A stretch of 64,000 bases of DNA, taken from the NCBI GenBank assembly GCA_963745235.1, contig CAVUXE010000053.1:192001-256000 (forward strand), written 5' to 3'. The first letter of the stretch is position 1, and each line of letters opens with the position of its first letter. A model generated the notes under the pieces. The model saw only the letters and a list, made by a program, of their open reading frames with translations, was not told where the DNA came from and searched no databases. Made by a program: the position numbers and the translations under genes. Source of the stretch: an uncultured Spirochaetota bacterium. GTDB taxonomy: Bacteria > Spirochaetota > Spirochaetia > SZUA-6 > Fen-1364. This document shows, piece by piece, positions 63,384-64,000 of this stretch.

Positions 63384-64000
63384 GTGAAAGCGTTGACGCT
63401 GACGGAGCACGGCAAGCTCGTCTATGGGGACTCGCCGGACCCGCGCTCGGAAGACAACGAGGTGATGGTGGAGGTCAAGGCGTGCGGCATCTGCGGGAGC
63501 GACGTTCACGGCATGGACGGCTCCACCGGCCGTCGGCTCCCTCCGGTCATCATGGGCCACGAGGCCTCCGGTGTGATCACCCGCGTGGGCGCCCGTGTGC
63601 AGGGGTGGCGCGTCGGGGACCCCGTGACGTTCGACTCCACAATCTCCTGCGGGGAGTGCTGGCGCTGCCGGCGCGGGGAGATCAACCTCTGCGAGCGTCG
63701 GCGCGTGCTGGGCGTTTCCTGCGCCGAGTACCGCAGAAACGGCGCCTTCGCGCAGCTGGTGGCGGTCCCGCAGCACATCCTGTATCGCATTCCGCTCGGG
63801 GTTGCGTTTCACCACGCCGCCATGACCGAGCCCCTGTCAGTGGCGTTTCACGCTGTTCGCCTTGCACGGCCCGAGGTGGGAGAATCCGCGGTCGTGGTGG
63901 GGGCAGGCATGATCGGGCTCCTCCTCATCCAGGTCCTCCGCGCCTCCGGGTGCTCCACGATCTTTGCCTTCGATATCGATGAGAACAAGCTGCGTCGCGC
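63384..64000 (+). CDS. Zn-dependent polyol dehydrogenase (galactitol-1-phosphate/sorbitol dehydrogenase-like), 3' partial
   Basis: AAGGAGG RBS + GTG; CGICGSD, MGHEASG, CGECWRC-x7-C, EPLSVAFH, GAGMIG. Confidence 0.88.
   Translation, partial: MKALTLTEHGKLVYGDSPDPRSEDNEVMVEVKACGICGSDVHGMDGSTGRRLPPVIMGHEASGVITRVGARVQGWRVGDPVTFDSTISCGECWRCRRGEINLCERRRVLGVSCAEYRRNGAFAQLVAVPQHILYRIPLGVAFHHAAMTEPLSVAFHAVRLARPEVGESAVVVGAGMIGLLLIQVLRASGCSTIFAFDIDENKLRR

Noticed and set aside
1-64000. Mobile elements, prophage, defence systems, tRNA or rRNA
   Set aside because: No transposase, integrase, phage structural, restriction-modification, cas or structural RNA signature was recognised by eye; tRNAscan, Infernal and DefenseFinder would confirm.

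Overview
A GC-rich, gene-dense bacterial chromosome segment with about 60 CDS. I found no rRNA, tRNA, CRISPR array, transposase or phage gene. Gene content suggests a free-living Spirochaetota genome (inference from the FlgD-Ig/OmpA lipoprotein, a STAS protein with a C-terminal Zn ribbon, and several Do/HtrA proteases). At least five single-base frameshifts in otherwise intact genes suggest uncorrected long-read or MAG indels. Contents in order: triuret hydrolase plus allophanate hydrolase; a PotABCD-like ABC importer with a GH63-like glycosidase; several PAS kinases; a LysR/SPFH/STAS unit; a Crp-activated CoA-persulfide reductase/rhodanese operon; four HtrA-family proteases; LacI/MFS; hemerythrin-mgsA-KamA; MarR/ABC-2; and a polyol or sugar-acid catabolic cluster. 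Best candidate for an undescribed system: a five-gene minus-strand operon (47002-51090) placing a PhcB-like SAM methyltransferase (putative fatty-acid methyl-ester signal synthase) inside a SiaABC-like partner-switching module (GHKL Ser/Thr kinase, SiaC/STAS-like phosphoacceptor, membrane-sensor PP2C phosphatase) that ends in a PilZ protein. Second candidate: a TTAA-N6-TTAA box 33-34 bp upstream of the -10 element of two degP genes and of a candidate ~75-nt sRNA, suggesting an envelope-stress regulon. All family assignments come from motif recognition, not database searches.
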